A DNA stretch of 64,000 nucleotides from the NCBI GenBank assembly GCA_963755915.1, contig CAVWLP010000002.1, positions 96,001-160,000 on the forward strand. The letters are read 5' to 3'. This stretch comes from an uncultured Phycisphaerales bacterium. Its GTDB lineage: Bacteria > Planctomycetota > Phycisphaerae > Tepidisphaerales > Tepidisphaeraceae. Shown here one piece after another: positions 52,223 through 63,999 of this stretch (within the stretch, counting starts at the first letter, position 1; the number at the start of each line of letters is the position of its first letter). The notes under the pieces are model-generated. The model ran no database searches. It was not told where the DNA came from and saw nothing but the letters and a program-made list of their open reading frames with translations. The position numbers were made by a program, and so were the translations under genes.

Positions 52223-52498
52223 CTATTTCGCAAACCAGCCCTTTTTCCTATTCTGAGCCGGCTTCCAATTCCGATGCGCGTGCCGCCATGCTTCTTCGCT
52301 TTCATACGAGATAACGAGTTTGATTTTGTCCATAGGAATGGTCGTCGTAGTACCGACAAGCCATTCACGATTCTCAATGGTTAACGTTTTCCCACGAATG
52401 CACGGCAGGCCAAAAAACTCAACCCGCTTAGCTTCCGTTATGACCCAGTGCTCGTTCGCCAAACCGACAATGTGAAAAGAATTTATCTCTTTGGCCAT
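52223..52498 (-). CDS. Small hypothetical protein
   Basis: 91-aa ORF with TGGTAAAAT extended -10 lying 6 nt before the ATG. Confidence 0.55.
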   Translation of the reverse strand: MAKEINSFHIVGLANEHWVITEAKRVEFFGLPCIRGKTLTIENREWLVGTTTTIPMDKIKLVISYESEEAWRHAHRNWKPAQNRKKGWFAK

Positions 52499-52669
52499 GG
52501 TTGGATTTTACCATCCGCGCCCGTGTGCGGATGGCTGACGGAAGAAATCGAAACCCTGCGCCATAAACTGCGGGAACCAATCACCCGCAGTCCCCTCGGA
52601 GATTCGCCTTGGACGGTTAGATGGCATGTTGGTTGTCGGGCTAGCCACCGTCGACTAAACCCGACAACC

Positions 52670-53809
52670 ATGAAACACAATTCTTCTAAAGGTAGCCGCA
52701 AGGCCTCCCAAGTTCGAGGGGAGAGAGTCTCGAAGCCCAATCAGTCGCACGAGGTGATCAAACTCGGCGTGGATACCCACAGCCAGCAATATACCTTCGC
52801 ACGGATGGTCGATCATCAGGGGATTCAACCGGCCCAAAAACTCTCGCCGGCCGTCTTCATCGAGTTTCTCAAAAAGCAGCTGACGCTGGCCAAACGCGTG
52901 GTGATGGTCTACGAAGCCGGTCCCTACGGCTTCGCGTTGCACCGCGAAGCCACCGCCCTGGGCGTAGAGTGCCTGGTCTGTGCCCCCGAACGTCTGTCCC
53001 GCGGCCGCAAGAGAGTCAACGACAAGATCGACGCCACCGAACTGCTCTCGCGTCTGGACCGGCATCTCGCCGGCAACACGACGGCGCTGCGTCTGGTGCG
53101 TGTCCCCACGGTGGCCCAGGAGATCCACCGCCGCCTGGGGCGCGAGCGCAACACCTACCGAAAGGAACGGCAGCGCTGGATCGCCCGTGGACGAAGCCTG
53201 CTGCACAGCCTCGGCATCCATCGCCCGGGAAAATGGTGGGAGCCGCTGGCGTGTGAGCCGCTGCTGAAAAAGCTGGAAGAACTCTACGGCTCAGAACTGA
53301 TCGAACCGATCCGCAAGGAGCTTGCCCGCGACCTGGAGATGGTAGAGATGATGGACCAGAAGCGAGATGAACTGACCCGCCAGCTCTGCGCGGAGGCCAA
53401 GTCCCGCGAATCGGCCCGGATCAAGGGAATCGGACACCTCAGCTATGAGCTGCTGGATCGTGAGATCGTCGACTGGAATCGCTTCCAGAACCGCCGGCAG
53501 ATCGCCAGCTACACCGGGCTTTGCCCTGGAGAATCCTCCTCAGGCCAGAGCCGGATGAATCTGTCGATCGACAAACATGGCAACCGCCGACTGCGCACGG
53601 TGCTGGTGGAACTGGCGTGGCTGCTGCCCAAGTTCCAGCCGGAGTATTTTCGTCTGAAGCGCTGGAAGCAGGTCTTCGAGAACCCCGGAGCCAGAGCCAT
53701 GCGCAAGAAAGCCGCGGTGGCCTTGGCGCGGCAACTGGCGGTGGACCTGTGGCGGATCAAAACCGGCCGGGTCAAAGCGCAGGATCTGGGCTTGAAACTG
53801 GCAGCGTAA
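52670..53809 (+). CDS. IS110-family DEDD transposase/recombinase
   Basis: LGVDTH, VYEAGPYG and NDKIDA (RuvC-like DEDD); IKGIG, YTGLCPGESSSG (catalytic Ser), KHGNRRLR, VALARQL. Confidence 0.93.
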   Translation: MKHNSSKGSRKASQVRGERVSKPNQSHEVIKLGVDTHSQQYTFARMVDHQGIQPAQKLSPAVFIEFLKKQLTLAKRVVMVYEAGPYGFALHREATALGVECLVCAPERLSRGRKRVNDKIDATELLSRLDRHLAGNTTALRLVRVPTVAQEIHRRLGRERNTYRKERQRWIARGRSLLHSLGIHRPGKWWEPLACEPLLKKLEELYGSELIEPIRKELARDLEMVEMMDQKRDELTRQLCAEAKSRESARIKGIGHLSYELLDREIVDWNRFQNRRQIASYTGLCPGESSSGQSRMNLSIDKHGNRRLRTVLVELAWLLPKFQPEYFRLKRWKQVFENPGARAMRKKAAVALARQLAVDLWRIKTGRVKAQDLGLKLAA

Positions 53810-54137
53810 AAAGCCGGCCAAGGTTGTCCCCGAACTTCTGGAGCCTGGATGGACGACGGATAAAGAGCTTGGAATAAAAGTGAAAGAGACGAGCCACGGT
53901 GTAACGCGCCCGTTTTCCCCTATGAGCGCCCTTGAGCGTTCGGCGGTTAGATTGGGTCAGCGTGAACCGCCTGCAACGGACGTATTAGACCATGGTGTAC
54001 TGGCAAACCGCCAGGTACGGATAGCAGGAAGAGCGTTGCCGCAATGATGGCAACAGCCCATGCAGAGCGGACACTGACAGGCCGAGCAACAGCTTAAAAA
54101 GACAAAAGAATAAAGGCGGCGAATGCGGCCCACACTT
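53810..54137 (+). ncRNA. Candidate bridge/seek RNA region of the IS110 element
   Basis: Non-coding, with several stem-loops (GGCGGTT/AACCGCC, CTGGC/GCCAG, GTTGCC/GGCAAC) and copies of the junction sequences. Position matches IS1111-group guide RNAs. Confidence 0.55.
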
Positions 54138-54184
54138 GACAACCAACATAGCAGGGGAAGGGAAAGAGGGTGGAGGGGGTGCGG

Positions 54185-54234
54185 GGGAGGCGGCGAAAAC
54201 CGCTTGGGGCCTTATGGGGTTGTCGCCGCCTCCC
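54185..54234. repeat. GC-rich inverted repeat next to the IS110 right end
   Basis: GGGAGGCGGCGA...TCGCCGCCTCCC, a perfect 12-bp stem. Confidence 0.65.
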
Positions 54235-54310
54235 TGCATTACATTTGAATTTCTCTCTAAAGAGGAACACGGCCGCCTCGTCACCATGACGAAAATCGCA
54301 GCGACCGTTT

Positions 54311-54396
54311 CGTCATTCGGTCATTCGGATTTGATTCCCTTCGGGTCTGAGCATCAGGGTCGAAGACTGGTTTCTGGTTTCGGATTTCTGGTTTCC
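54311..54396. repeat. Heptamer-based repeat (family B) interrupted by the 29-bp mini-element (54338-54366)
   Basis: GTCATTCGGTCATTCGGATTTGATTC-[insert]-TGGTTTCTGGTTTCGGATTTCTGGTTTC; similar to 56088-56144. Confidence 0.7.
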
Positions 54397-54439
54397 GCAC
54401 TCGGCCGCTAAACTCCCGCTAACCGGAGGAATGCCCGCC

Positions 54440-55630
54440 ATGCCCAAAGACGCCATCAACATCTGCCTCATCGGCCAGAAATTCATGGGCCGCGCCCACA
54501 GCAACGCCTTCCTCAAAGCCCCCAAATTCTTCGACCTCCCCGCCGACCCCGTCATGCACACCGTCGCCGCTCAGGATAAATTGGAGCTGGAAAAATTCGC
54601 CAAAAAATGGGGCTGGCAACACGCCTCGACCGATTGGCGCCAAGCGATCGCCGATCCCGAAATCCAGCTCGTCGACATCACCGCCCAGAACCACATGCAC
54701 CGCGAGATGGCCCTGGCCGCCCTCGAAGCCGGCAAGCACGTCGCCTGCGAAAAACCCCTTGCCGGCAGTCTCGACGACGCCCGCAAAATGCGCGACGCCG
54801 CCAGAAAATATAAGAAATCCAAAACCTCCGTCTGGTGGAGCTACCGCCGCACCCCTGCCGTCGCACTGGCGTATCAGCTCGCCCGCGCCGGGAAAATCGG
54901 CCGCATCTATCACGTCCGCGGCTACTACCTCCAGGACTGGGCCGGCCTCGATGTCCCCCTCATCTGGCGCTTCGATAAAAAAATCGCCGGCTCCGGCTCC
55001 CACGGCGACCTCGGCGCTCACATCATCGACATGGCCCGATTCATCACCGGCGAGGAAATCACGGAAATCAACGGCGCGATTACGGAGACATTCGTAAAAG
55101 AACGAACCATCCCCTCCGCCCTTTCCGCAGGCGGAATCGCCGGCGGCGCTAAGGGCGGCGGAAAAAAAGGCAAAGTCGAAGTCGACGACGCCACCCTCTT
55201 CCTCTGCCGATTCTCTGGCGGAGCCGTCGGCAGCATCGAGGCCACCCGCTTCTCCACCGGCTACCAGAACAAGAACGGCGTCGAAGTCCACGGCGAAAAA
55301 GGGGCCATCAGCTTCAACTTCGAAGACATGAACTACCTCAGCTATTTCGACAACACCGCCCCCGCCAAAACGCGCGGCTGGACCAAAATCATGGTCACCC
55401 ACGCCCCCGATCACCCCTACGCCCACGCCTGGTGGCCCGATGCGCATATCATTGGCTATGAGCACACCTTCATCAACCAGGCCGCCGATCTCATGATGGA
55501 CCTCGCCGGAAAAACCCCCACCATCCCCCTTTCCGATTTCGCGGACGCCTATGAAACCCAGCGCGTCCTCGAAGCTGTCATGATCAGCGCGGCCGAAAAA
55601 CGGCCGGTTAAACTTTCGGAGGTCCAGTAG
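54440..55630 (+). CDS. Gfo/Idh/MocA family oxidoreductase
   Basis: IGQKFMGRAHSNA, HVACEKP, YLQDW, GDLGAHIID, HIIGYEHTF. Confidence 0.92.
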   Translation: MPKDAINICLIGQKFMGRAHSNAFLKAPKFFDLPADPVMHTVAAQDKLELEKFAKKWGWQHASTDWRQAIADPEIQLVDITAQNHMHREMALAALEAGKHVACEKPLAGSLDDARKMRDAARKYKKSKTSVWWSYRRTPAVALAYQLARAGKIGRIYHVRGYYLQDWAGLDVPLIWRFDKKIAGSGSHGDLGAHIIDMARFITGEEITEINGAITETFVKERTIPSALSAGGIAGGAKGGGKKGKVEVDDATLFLCRFSGGAVGSIEATRFSTGYQNKNGVEVHGEKGAISFNFEDMNYLSYFDNTAPAKTRGWTKIMVTHAPDHPYAHAWWPDAHIIGYEHTFINQAADLMMDLAGKTPTIPLSDFADAYETQRVLEAVMISAAEKRPVKLSEVQ

Positions 55631-55956
55631 TGCCCTGGGTCAGCCTGTGCGATTTCGATGAAGTCCCCGAAGGCGCCGGCAAATACGTCGAGATCGACGG
55701 CTTCTCCCTGGCCGTCTTCCGCCACCAGGGAAATCCATATGTGATGGACAGCACCTGCCCCCACGCCGGCCACGACATCTCCGCCGGCGCAATAGAAAAC
55801 GCCTGCGCCGTCTGCCCCTACCACGGCTGGATGTTCCGCCTCACCGACGGCCAAATGCCGGACGCCCCCGGCGTCGCCGTAACCGTCTACAAAACCCGCC
55901 TCCTCCCCCGACCCGATCAACCGACGCTCGTGCAGGCCGATTTGCCGATGCCGTAG
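55630..55956 (+). CDS. Rieske [2Fe-2S] ferredoxin
   Basis: CPH...CPYHGW motifs; the GTG start overlaps the upstream stop. Confidence 0.9.
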   Translation: MPWVSLCDFDEVPEGAGKYVEIDGFSLAVFRHQGNPYVMDSTCPHAGHDISAGAIENACAVCPYHGWMFRLTDGQMPDAPGVAVTVYKTRLLPRPDQPTLVQADLPMP

Positions 55957-55961
55957 GCTTA

Positions 55962-56144
55962 GAATGACGAAATCAGAAACCAGAATGACGAATCAAATCC
56001 GGAGGCGCGGACGCCTCCGGGGCGTACTCGCCGATTACGGCCCGGAGCCGTCCGCGGCTCCTCCGAATGACGAATGAAGCAACGGCCATTCGTCATTCGG
56101 ATTTCGGATTTGATTCGGAATTCTGATTTCTGGTTTCGGGTTTC
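55962..56144. repeat. Large imperfect palindrome of heptamer repeats (family B) with a nested 61-bp palindromic insert
   Basis: GAATGAC/GAAATCA/GAAACCA units face GTCATTC/GGATTTC/TGGTTTC units. The insert at 56001-56061 is flanked by TCC direct repeats. Confidence 0.78.
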
Positions 56145-56158
56145 CTGACGTTAAAATC

Positions 56159-56905
56159 ATGCCCATGCCTGCCTCCCAAATCCAGGACCTCTGCGAGCTC
56201 GGCCAGGAGCAGCTTTCCCTGATGCAGTACCTCGCCGCCGAGAAAACCCTCGCCGCCGCCGAGCATCTCGCCTGGACCGCCCGCGATTTCGATTCCCTCT
56301 CGCGCCTCTACATGCCCCTTCAGGAATCTCGCCGCCAGCGCCGCCAGCGCTGCGGCGAAGGAACCGTCCAACTCGACCTGCTTTCCTCCGGCGCAACCGA
56401 ACCCCTCGACGGCAACGCCATCGCCTCCACGATCCTTCGCGGCCAGCTTCTCATCGCCGGCTGGGCTTCCATCGAACCGGCGCTTCAGGCTCGCCGAGCG
56501 CAAGCGCAGGCCGAGCTCTATCTCGACGTCTTCCTGGCCGCCGTCTATCCCGCCGGCGAAGGCCGGCTGGTCGCCATTTTTCCGACGGCCGACGTCGCAT
56601 TGCCTCCGGCCGAGGCAACGTCGATCGACGCCCTCATCCGCCGGCTTCCGGCGCACAGCATTGTCATGTCCGATAATCAGCTTCCCAAAGGGCAAAGGCC
56701 CGGCTCGCCGGATACGTATGCCGAGGTGATGGACCTCTGGGAACGGCTGCACGCCCCGTTCCTGGGCGCCGCCGACGCGACGCCGGACCCCATTCGCCGC
56801 ATCGATGCCTATCGCAAAACCATTGCCGTCGATTATGCTTGTGAGCTCGCCCATCAGAGGATTTCCGACACCGCGCGAAAACTCTGCGCAAAGGGGACTG
56901 CATGA
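56159..56905 (+). CDS. Hypothetical protein (helical, TPR-like ends)
   Basis: 248-aa ORF with high-GC codon usage; its stop overlaps the M48 gene start. Confidence 0.7.
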   Translation: MPMPASQIQDLCELGQEQLSLMQYLAAEKTLAAAEHLAWTARDFDSLSRLYMPLQESRRQRRQRCGEGTVQLDLLSSGATEPLDGNAIASTILRGQLLIAGWASIEPALQARRAQAQAELYLDVFLAAVYPAGEGRLVAIFPTADVALPPAEATSIDALIRRLPAHSIVMSDNQLPKGQRPGSPDTYAEVMDLWERLHAPFLGAADATPDPIRRIDAYRKTIAVDYACELAHQRISDTARKLCAKGTA

Positions 56906-57756
56906 GCTATTACGGTTATGGTTACGGCTACGGACGCGCCCCCGGTTTCCACCTCCGCCACATCATTGGGATCGCGGTCATTCTCTTCGGCATCTTCTCC
57001 TACTTCAGCCACGAAACGGTCAACCCCGTCACCGGCGAGAAGCAGCACGTCTCGATGACTGCCGACCAGGAGATCGCCCTTGGCCTGCAATCGGCCCCGC
57101 AGATGATCGGCGAAATGGGAGGCGAGATTACCCCGCCCGATCCCAAGGCCCAGGCCGTCGAGCACGTCGGCCAGACGATCGCCTCGCAGCGCGAGCCGCG
57201 CGAGAGCGGGTATCCGTTTCAGTATCACCTGCTGGCCGACCAGCAGACGATCAACGCCTTTGCCCTGCCGGGCGGGCAGATCTTCATCACCCGCGGCCTC
57301 TACGACAAGCTGCAGGACGAAGCCGAACTTGCCGGCATTCTCGGCCACGAAACCGGGCACGTCGTCGAGCGCCACGTCGCCCAGCAGATCGAGCAGAGCC
57401 GCCTCGGCCAATCCATCGTCTGGGGCTCAGCCATCTACGCCAGCGGGAATCACAACGGCCTATCGACATGGGCCATCGCGGACATCGCCGACCAGATGAT
57501 CCAGCTTCGCTTCAGCCGCAAGGACGAATCGCAGGCCGACCAGTGCGGGCTACAGTACATGACCGAAGCCGGCTACGACCCGCGGGCGATGATCGACGTG
57601 ATGAACATCCTGAAAAGCCTGGGCGCCGACTCCGAGCCGGAATTTCTCGAAACCCACCCCGACCCTGGGAACCGGATCCAGGCGATCCAGGATTGGATGC
57701 AGGACCATCCGTTCCTGGCGCAGCAGCTTACGCGCGGCGATCAGTTGCCGCATTAG
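56902..57756 (+). CDS. M48 family metallopeptidase
   Basis: INAFALPGG, ELAGILGHETGH (HExxH), FSRKDESQAD, THP...RI. Confidence 0.92.
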   Translation: MSYYGYGYGYGRAPGFHLRHIIGIAVILFGIFSYFSHETVNPVTGEKQHVSMTADQEIALGLQSAPQMIGEMGGEITPPDPKAQAVEHVGQTIASQREPRESGYPFQYHLLADQQTINAFALPGGQIFITRGLYDKLQDEAELAGILGHETGHVVERHVAQQIEQSRLGQSIVWGSAIYASGNHNGLSTWAIADIADQMIQLRFSRKDESQADQCGLQYMTEAGYDPRAMIDVMNILKSLGADSEPEFLETHPDPGNRIQAIQDWMQDHPFLAQQLTRGDQLPH

Positions 57757-57759
57757 CGA

Positions 57760-60249
<2,490 letters not shown>

Positions 60250-60328
60250 CCATGTGCTCCAGTCATGCGTAAAAACAGAAGTTCACCCGCCTTTGCGCCA
60301 AAGGTGATTCCGGGGCGCTGGAGGTGAG

Positions 60329-62196
60329 ATGTTACAGCCCAGCTATTATCTCGAAATCCCGTGCGAATTCTATGCTTGCAGGGGTGAAAAGGTCCACCGG
60401 GGATGGATTGGCGAAGGTGCGTTTTTGCCTCGATTTTTCGTGCTTTTTGCGGTGATCTTTGGGGTTTTTACCGGATGCTGGGCCAGGACGGTTTCATCGA
60501 CGACGCAGCCCTCGGCGGATCAGCGAATTGACGCCTGGATCGAGCAGTTAAATTCCGACAACGCGGATGACCGCAAGGCCGCGGCAAATGCGCTCATCAA
60601 CATGCGGGAAGCGTCGCGGCCGGCGATTCTGAAGCTCATCAAGTCCGCCGATCCGGGGCTGCGAAAACAAGCGCAGGACATCCTTTTGGCGCTGCCGTGG
60701 TATACGGCGACCGATCCGCCCAAGGTGAAGCAACTGCTCCTGAATTACGGAGCACCCGACATCGAAACGCGGCGGGTGTCGATCGGGCAGCTTGCAGGGT
60801 TCGATGACCAGGCGGGACTGGGGGCGCTCACCCGGCTGCTTACCGAAGACCCAAGCCCCGCGGTGCAGTGGACGATCGTCGAATGCCTGCGCGAGCAGGG
60901 GTGGCTGGATGGGTTTCAAAGCATAACCCCCGCGCCCGACGATTCGCGGCAACTGGCGGTTTGCGGTTACGCGCGGCTTTCCAGCGATGTCGCGGGGGCG
61001 ATGGACTATCTTTCCCAATGCGCGGAGCTGGAATTCGCCGAGCCGACCGACGATGACGGGGAGTTTGATTTTGTTATCCGGTTCCTTGCCGATGCTGAAT
61101 GCCAGCAGAAGCGATATGACGAGGCGGCCGATTGGCGCCGCAAAGAAATTCAGCGCGGAAGCCTGGTAGAACAATCATCAGGAATTCCCCAGGCGATGCT
61201 GGAATTGTTCGCGCTTCAGGCAAACTTTGGGCCGCTGAAGGGCCTGGAGGGCGACATCCGCACCGCCGGCGCCGACATTCAAAAGCCGATGCTTCAGTAC
61301 ACGCTGGCGGAGATGTATGCCCGCACGGGGCAGACAGCCAAGGCCCAGGCAGCGCAGAGCGCTGCGTTCGCGGGATCCACCAATCGGATGCAGCGATATT
61401 ACGTGGGCGAATTTCTCTACGAGCATGGGTGGGACGTTTTCGCCGAGGGCGAGCTTCGCGCCTATCTGAAGCGGAACCCGGCGGATGTGGGCAATGAGCT
61501 GGATTTTCAGCAGCTCACCGATGCCAATGTTCACCTGGCGCTGGGCGCGATCGCGGTGCGGCGGGATGACGACGAAACCGCTGCCAAGGAAAAGGAGCAG
61601 GCGATGCTGCTCATGGGCAACGGCAGCGACCTGCTGATGACCGACCACCTGGGGCATCAGTGGAAGCTGACGCCGGACAAGCTTCCGCAGCTTTGGGGGG
61701 AAATTTACTGGCGCTGATCTGCGCGGCAGTCGCGGGCAACGATCAGAAGGAAATCAATCGGCGGATGGAGCAGCTTCTGGGAACCAAGCCGACCGACACC
61801 GATATCGCCATCGATATCGTTCCCCTCCTGCGGAGCATGGGGCGAACGAGCGACGCCGATTTGCTCTTTGGATGGAGCTACGATTCTGTCATGCGGGATC
61901 TGGATTCGGGCCCCAATGATCCCGAAAAGCTGAACGAAGCGGCTTGGCTTTGTGCCAAATGCGATCGCCATCTTCCCGAAGCCCGCGCCTGGGCGGAGAA
62001 GGCGGTCGCGCTTGCGCCAAACGATGCGGCCATTATCGATACTCTGGCGGAGGTCTATTTCCACCTTGGGCGGCCGGATTTGGCGGCGACGACAGAAGCA
62101 AAAGCGCTGAGCTTTCAGCCGGGCGATCCTTATATGAGTAAGCAGCTTGCCAAGTATCAGGACGCGGCAAAGAGCGCCACAACTCGACCCAACTGA
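60329..62196 (+). CDS. HEAT/TPR-repeat exported protein; frameshift near 61715, start uncertain
   Basis: Hydrophobic leader, TTQP linker, HEAT-like repeats. C-terminal LNEAAW...AEKAV...IIDTLAEVYF TPR lies in the next frame. Confidence 0.7.
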
Positions 62197-62218
62197 TCCG
62201 CGGCGTATGATTGAGGGA

Positions 62219-63013
62219 ATGTTTCGGCTGACCCGCGAGGTTCGATTTGGGATTAATCCGGAAGAGGCCGCGCCGGCTGCAGGCACTCCTTCCAATGGGT
62301 TCGCGGGATATCCGCCGCTGATCGGGATCGGGCATTATTTCACGCTGGAAGTGACGGTTGTAGGCAATCCGTCGCCGGAGACCGGCTGCATCCTGAACAT
62401 CAAGGAAATCGATCAGAAGGTGCGCGAGCTGGCGATTCCGACGGCGGTCGCCTTTGTCCGGCGCGGGCGGCTCGCGGGCGGGGCGATGCTGATCACTTGC
62501 ATCTACGAGAGTCTGAAAGACGCGTGGCCGGAGGCGAAGCTGCATCATCTTCGGCTGGCGCTCAGTCCGTATCTAACGCTGTCCCTGTTTGCCCAGGAGT
62601 TTCCCATGGTTCGGCTTAGCCAGAAGTTCGAGTTTTCGGCGTCGCATCGGCTTCATAATTCGGCGCTTTCGGAGGAGGAAAACCGCCGGCAGTTTGGGAA
62701 GTGCAACAACCCGCATGGGCATGGGCATAACTATGTCTTGCAGGTGACGCTGGCGGGAATGCCGGATGGGAATGGGTTTGTGGTGGATATTCCGAAGTTT
62801 GAGGAGGTTGTGGCGGCGACGGTGATCGAGCCGCTGGATCATCGGTATCTGAATGTGGAGATTGCGGAATTCTCCGATCTGATTCCCACCGTTGAGAATA
62901 TTGCGATGGTGATTTTTAAGATGCTGAAGCCGAAGCTGGATGCGCTCGGGGCGAAATTGGCGGGGGTGACGCTTTGGGAGACGACGAAGACTTGGTGTGA
63001 ATATATGGAGTGA
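62219..63013 (+). CDS. queD: Two-domain 6-carboxytetrahydropterin / 6-pyruvoyltetrahydropterin synthase family protein
   Basis: C-terminal FSASHRL...GKCNNPHGHGHNY...LDHRYLN...PTVENIA...LWET; the N-terminal half is a degenerate copy. Confidence 0.82.
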   Translation: MFRLTREVRFGINPEEAAPAAGTPSNGFAGYPPLIGIGHYFTLEVTVVGNPSPETGCILNIKEIDQKVRELAIPTAVAFVRRGRLAGGAMLITCIYESLKDAWPEAKLHHLRLALSPYLTLSLFAQEFPMVRLSQKFEFSASHRLHNSALSEEENRRQFGKCNNPHGHGHNYVLQVTLAGMPDGNGFVVDIPKFEEVVAATVIEPLDHRYLNVEIAEFSDLIPTVENIAMVIFKMLKPKLDALGAKLAGVTLWETTKTWCEYME

Positions 63014-63092
63014 TTATTTCACTGTGGGGGGGGCGGCAAAAAGATTTTTATACGCGGGGCATCGGGTACAAAAGGTAACAGTCCGCAAGCTT

Positions 63093-63138
63093 TGCACAAC
63101 GGGAGGGTTTTGCACAACGCGACGAATCCTGCACAACG
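63093..63138 (+). repeat. Three direct repeats TGCACAACG
   Basis: Exact 9-mers at 63093, 63111 and 63130 in the intergenic gap. Confidence 0.8.
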
Positions 63139-63150
63139 GGACAAGTTCTT

Positions 63151-63999
63151 CTATGGGCTTGGTTTATAGTTCAATGGATTCGGCGCGGAATCTTCTGGCC
63201 TTGGCTTCGCCCCCACGATTATGAGGACGGTCCCCTTTGGGCACGGGACTTCCAATTTCAGAGACATGATTATGCCGCCGGTCGCCATTTCCATTCCCGC
63301 GTCTGCGAATGCGTCGCCAAGCTGTTTCGGAACATCCCACCACTGGCCGGATTTGTGCATCTCCATAAGGTCTTCTGGACCCATTTGTACGGCAACCCCG
63401 GAATGGATTTGTATCAGTTGGTCGCTTGGAGCGAGGCCCAGATATGCGCTGCCGGACCAGCCACAATCGCCCCGAAGAAAATAAGCGATCTGCTGAGCAT
63501 AGTTTCCGGCTTCATTGTCCCCAAATCCGATCTGTACCACCACGAACTTCTGCGTCCCGATTTTCTGAATCAAGGGGATCAGTTTTATTTTTTGGGCTTC
63601 CGTCAATTCTCTTGGGGCAAAAAGCTGCGCGAATGCCTGCCTGTATCCAGCGTCCCCGGACACTTGCTGAACACCGCCGCTATCGACCGCCGGTGCCGCG
63701 ACGGGGGGCGATGAAAAATGCAAATACAGCAAAATGGACACGGTCCAGAGCGCGACCGTAAGGACCCCTGCAAAAACCAGAATCATCCAAGCGTTACCGA
63801 TAAAATAGTAAACGAATGCGGCAAAAAATGTGGCAATGGCGAGCGAAATGCGTTTGACAAGCCTGTGCTTAAATACGCGAAGAGCGCCCACGGTGCGCTT
63901 AACATTAGGGTCATTGAGAATGCGTTTTACTTCATCGCTGGAACGGTCGTAGGGTTTGTTTTGTTGGGCGTCCTGATTCTGTTCTGGCTCCATCGGCAT
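63151..63999 (-). CDS. Hypothetical membrane protein, lower GC; start may lie at or beyond the window edge
   Basis: 282-aa ORF with two TM helices and a C-terminal globular domain ending LIIVGAKP. Confidence 0.65.
   Translation of the reverse strand: MPMEPEQNQDAQQNKPYDRSSDEVKRILNDPNVKRTVGALRVFKHRLVKRISLAIATFFAAFVYYFIGNAWMILVFAGVLTVALWTVSILLYLHFSSPPVAAPAVDSGGVQQVSGDAGYRQAFAQLFAPRELTEAQKIKLIPLIQKIGTQKFVVVQIGFGDNEAGNYAQQIAYFLRGDCGWSGSAYLGLAPSDQLIQIHSGVAVQMGPEDLMEMHKSGQWWDVPKQLGDAFADAGMEMATGGIIMSLKLEVPCPKGTVLIIVGAKPRPEDSAPNPLNYKPSP

Larger units (their letters stand above)
52621..54151 (+). mobile_element. IS110-family element, IS1111-like architecture
   Basis: Perfect 12-bp sub-terminal IR ATGTTGGTTGTC (52626-52637) / GACAACCAACAT (54138-54149). 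TAG at both junctions (52618-52620, 54149-54151). Short left end, long 3' non-coding end, outward TTGACA at 54136-54141. Confidence 0.85.

Noticed and set aside
54136-54151. Strong circle-junction promoter for the IS110 element
   Set aside because: TTGACA is present, but joining the ends at TAG gives no good -10 hexamer at 16-18 bp spacing, so the promoter is not claimed.
62219-63013. 7-deazaguanine DNA-modification (dpd) cluster linking queD to the TcmP or MTase loci
   Set aside because: No dpdA/tgt, queC, queE or folE is adjacent, and the gene sits among housekeeping genes far from those loci.
63093-63138. Possible mini-CRISPR from the three TGCACAACG repeats
   Set aside because: The 9-bp repeats and 9-10-bp gaps are far too short, and no cas genes are present.
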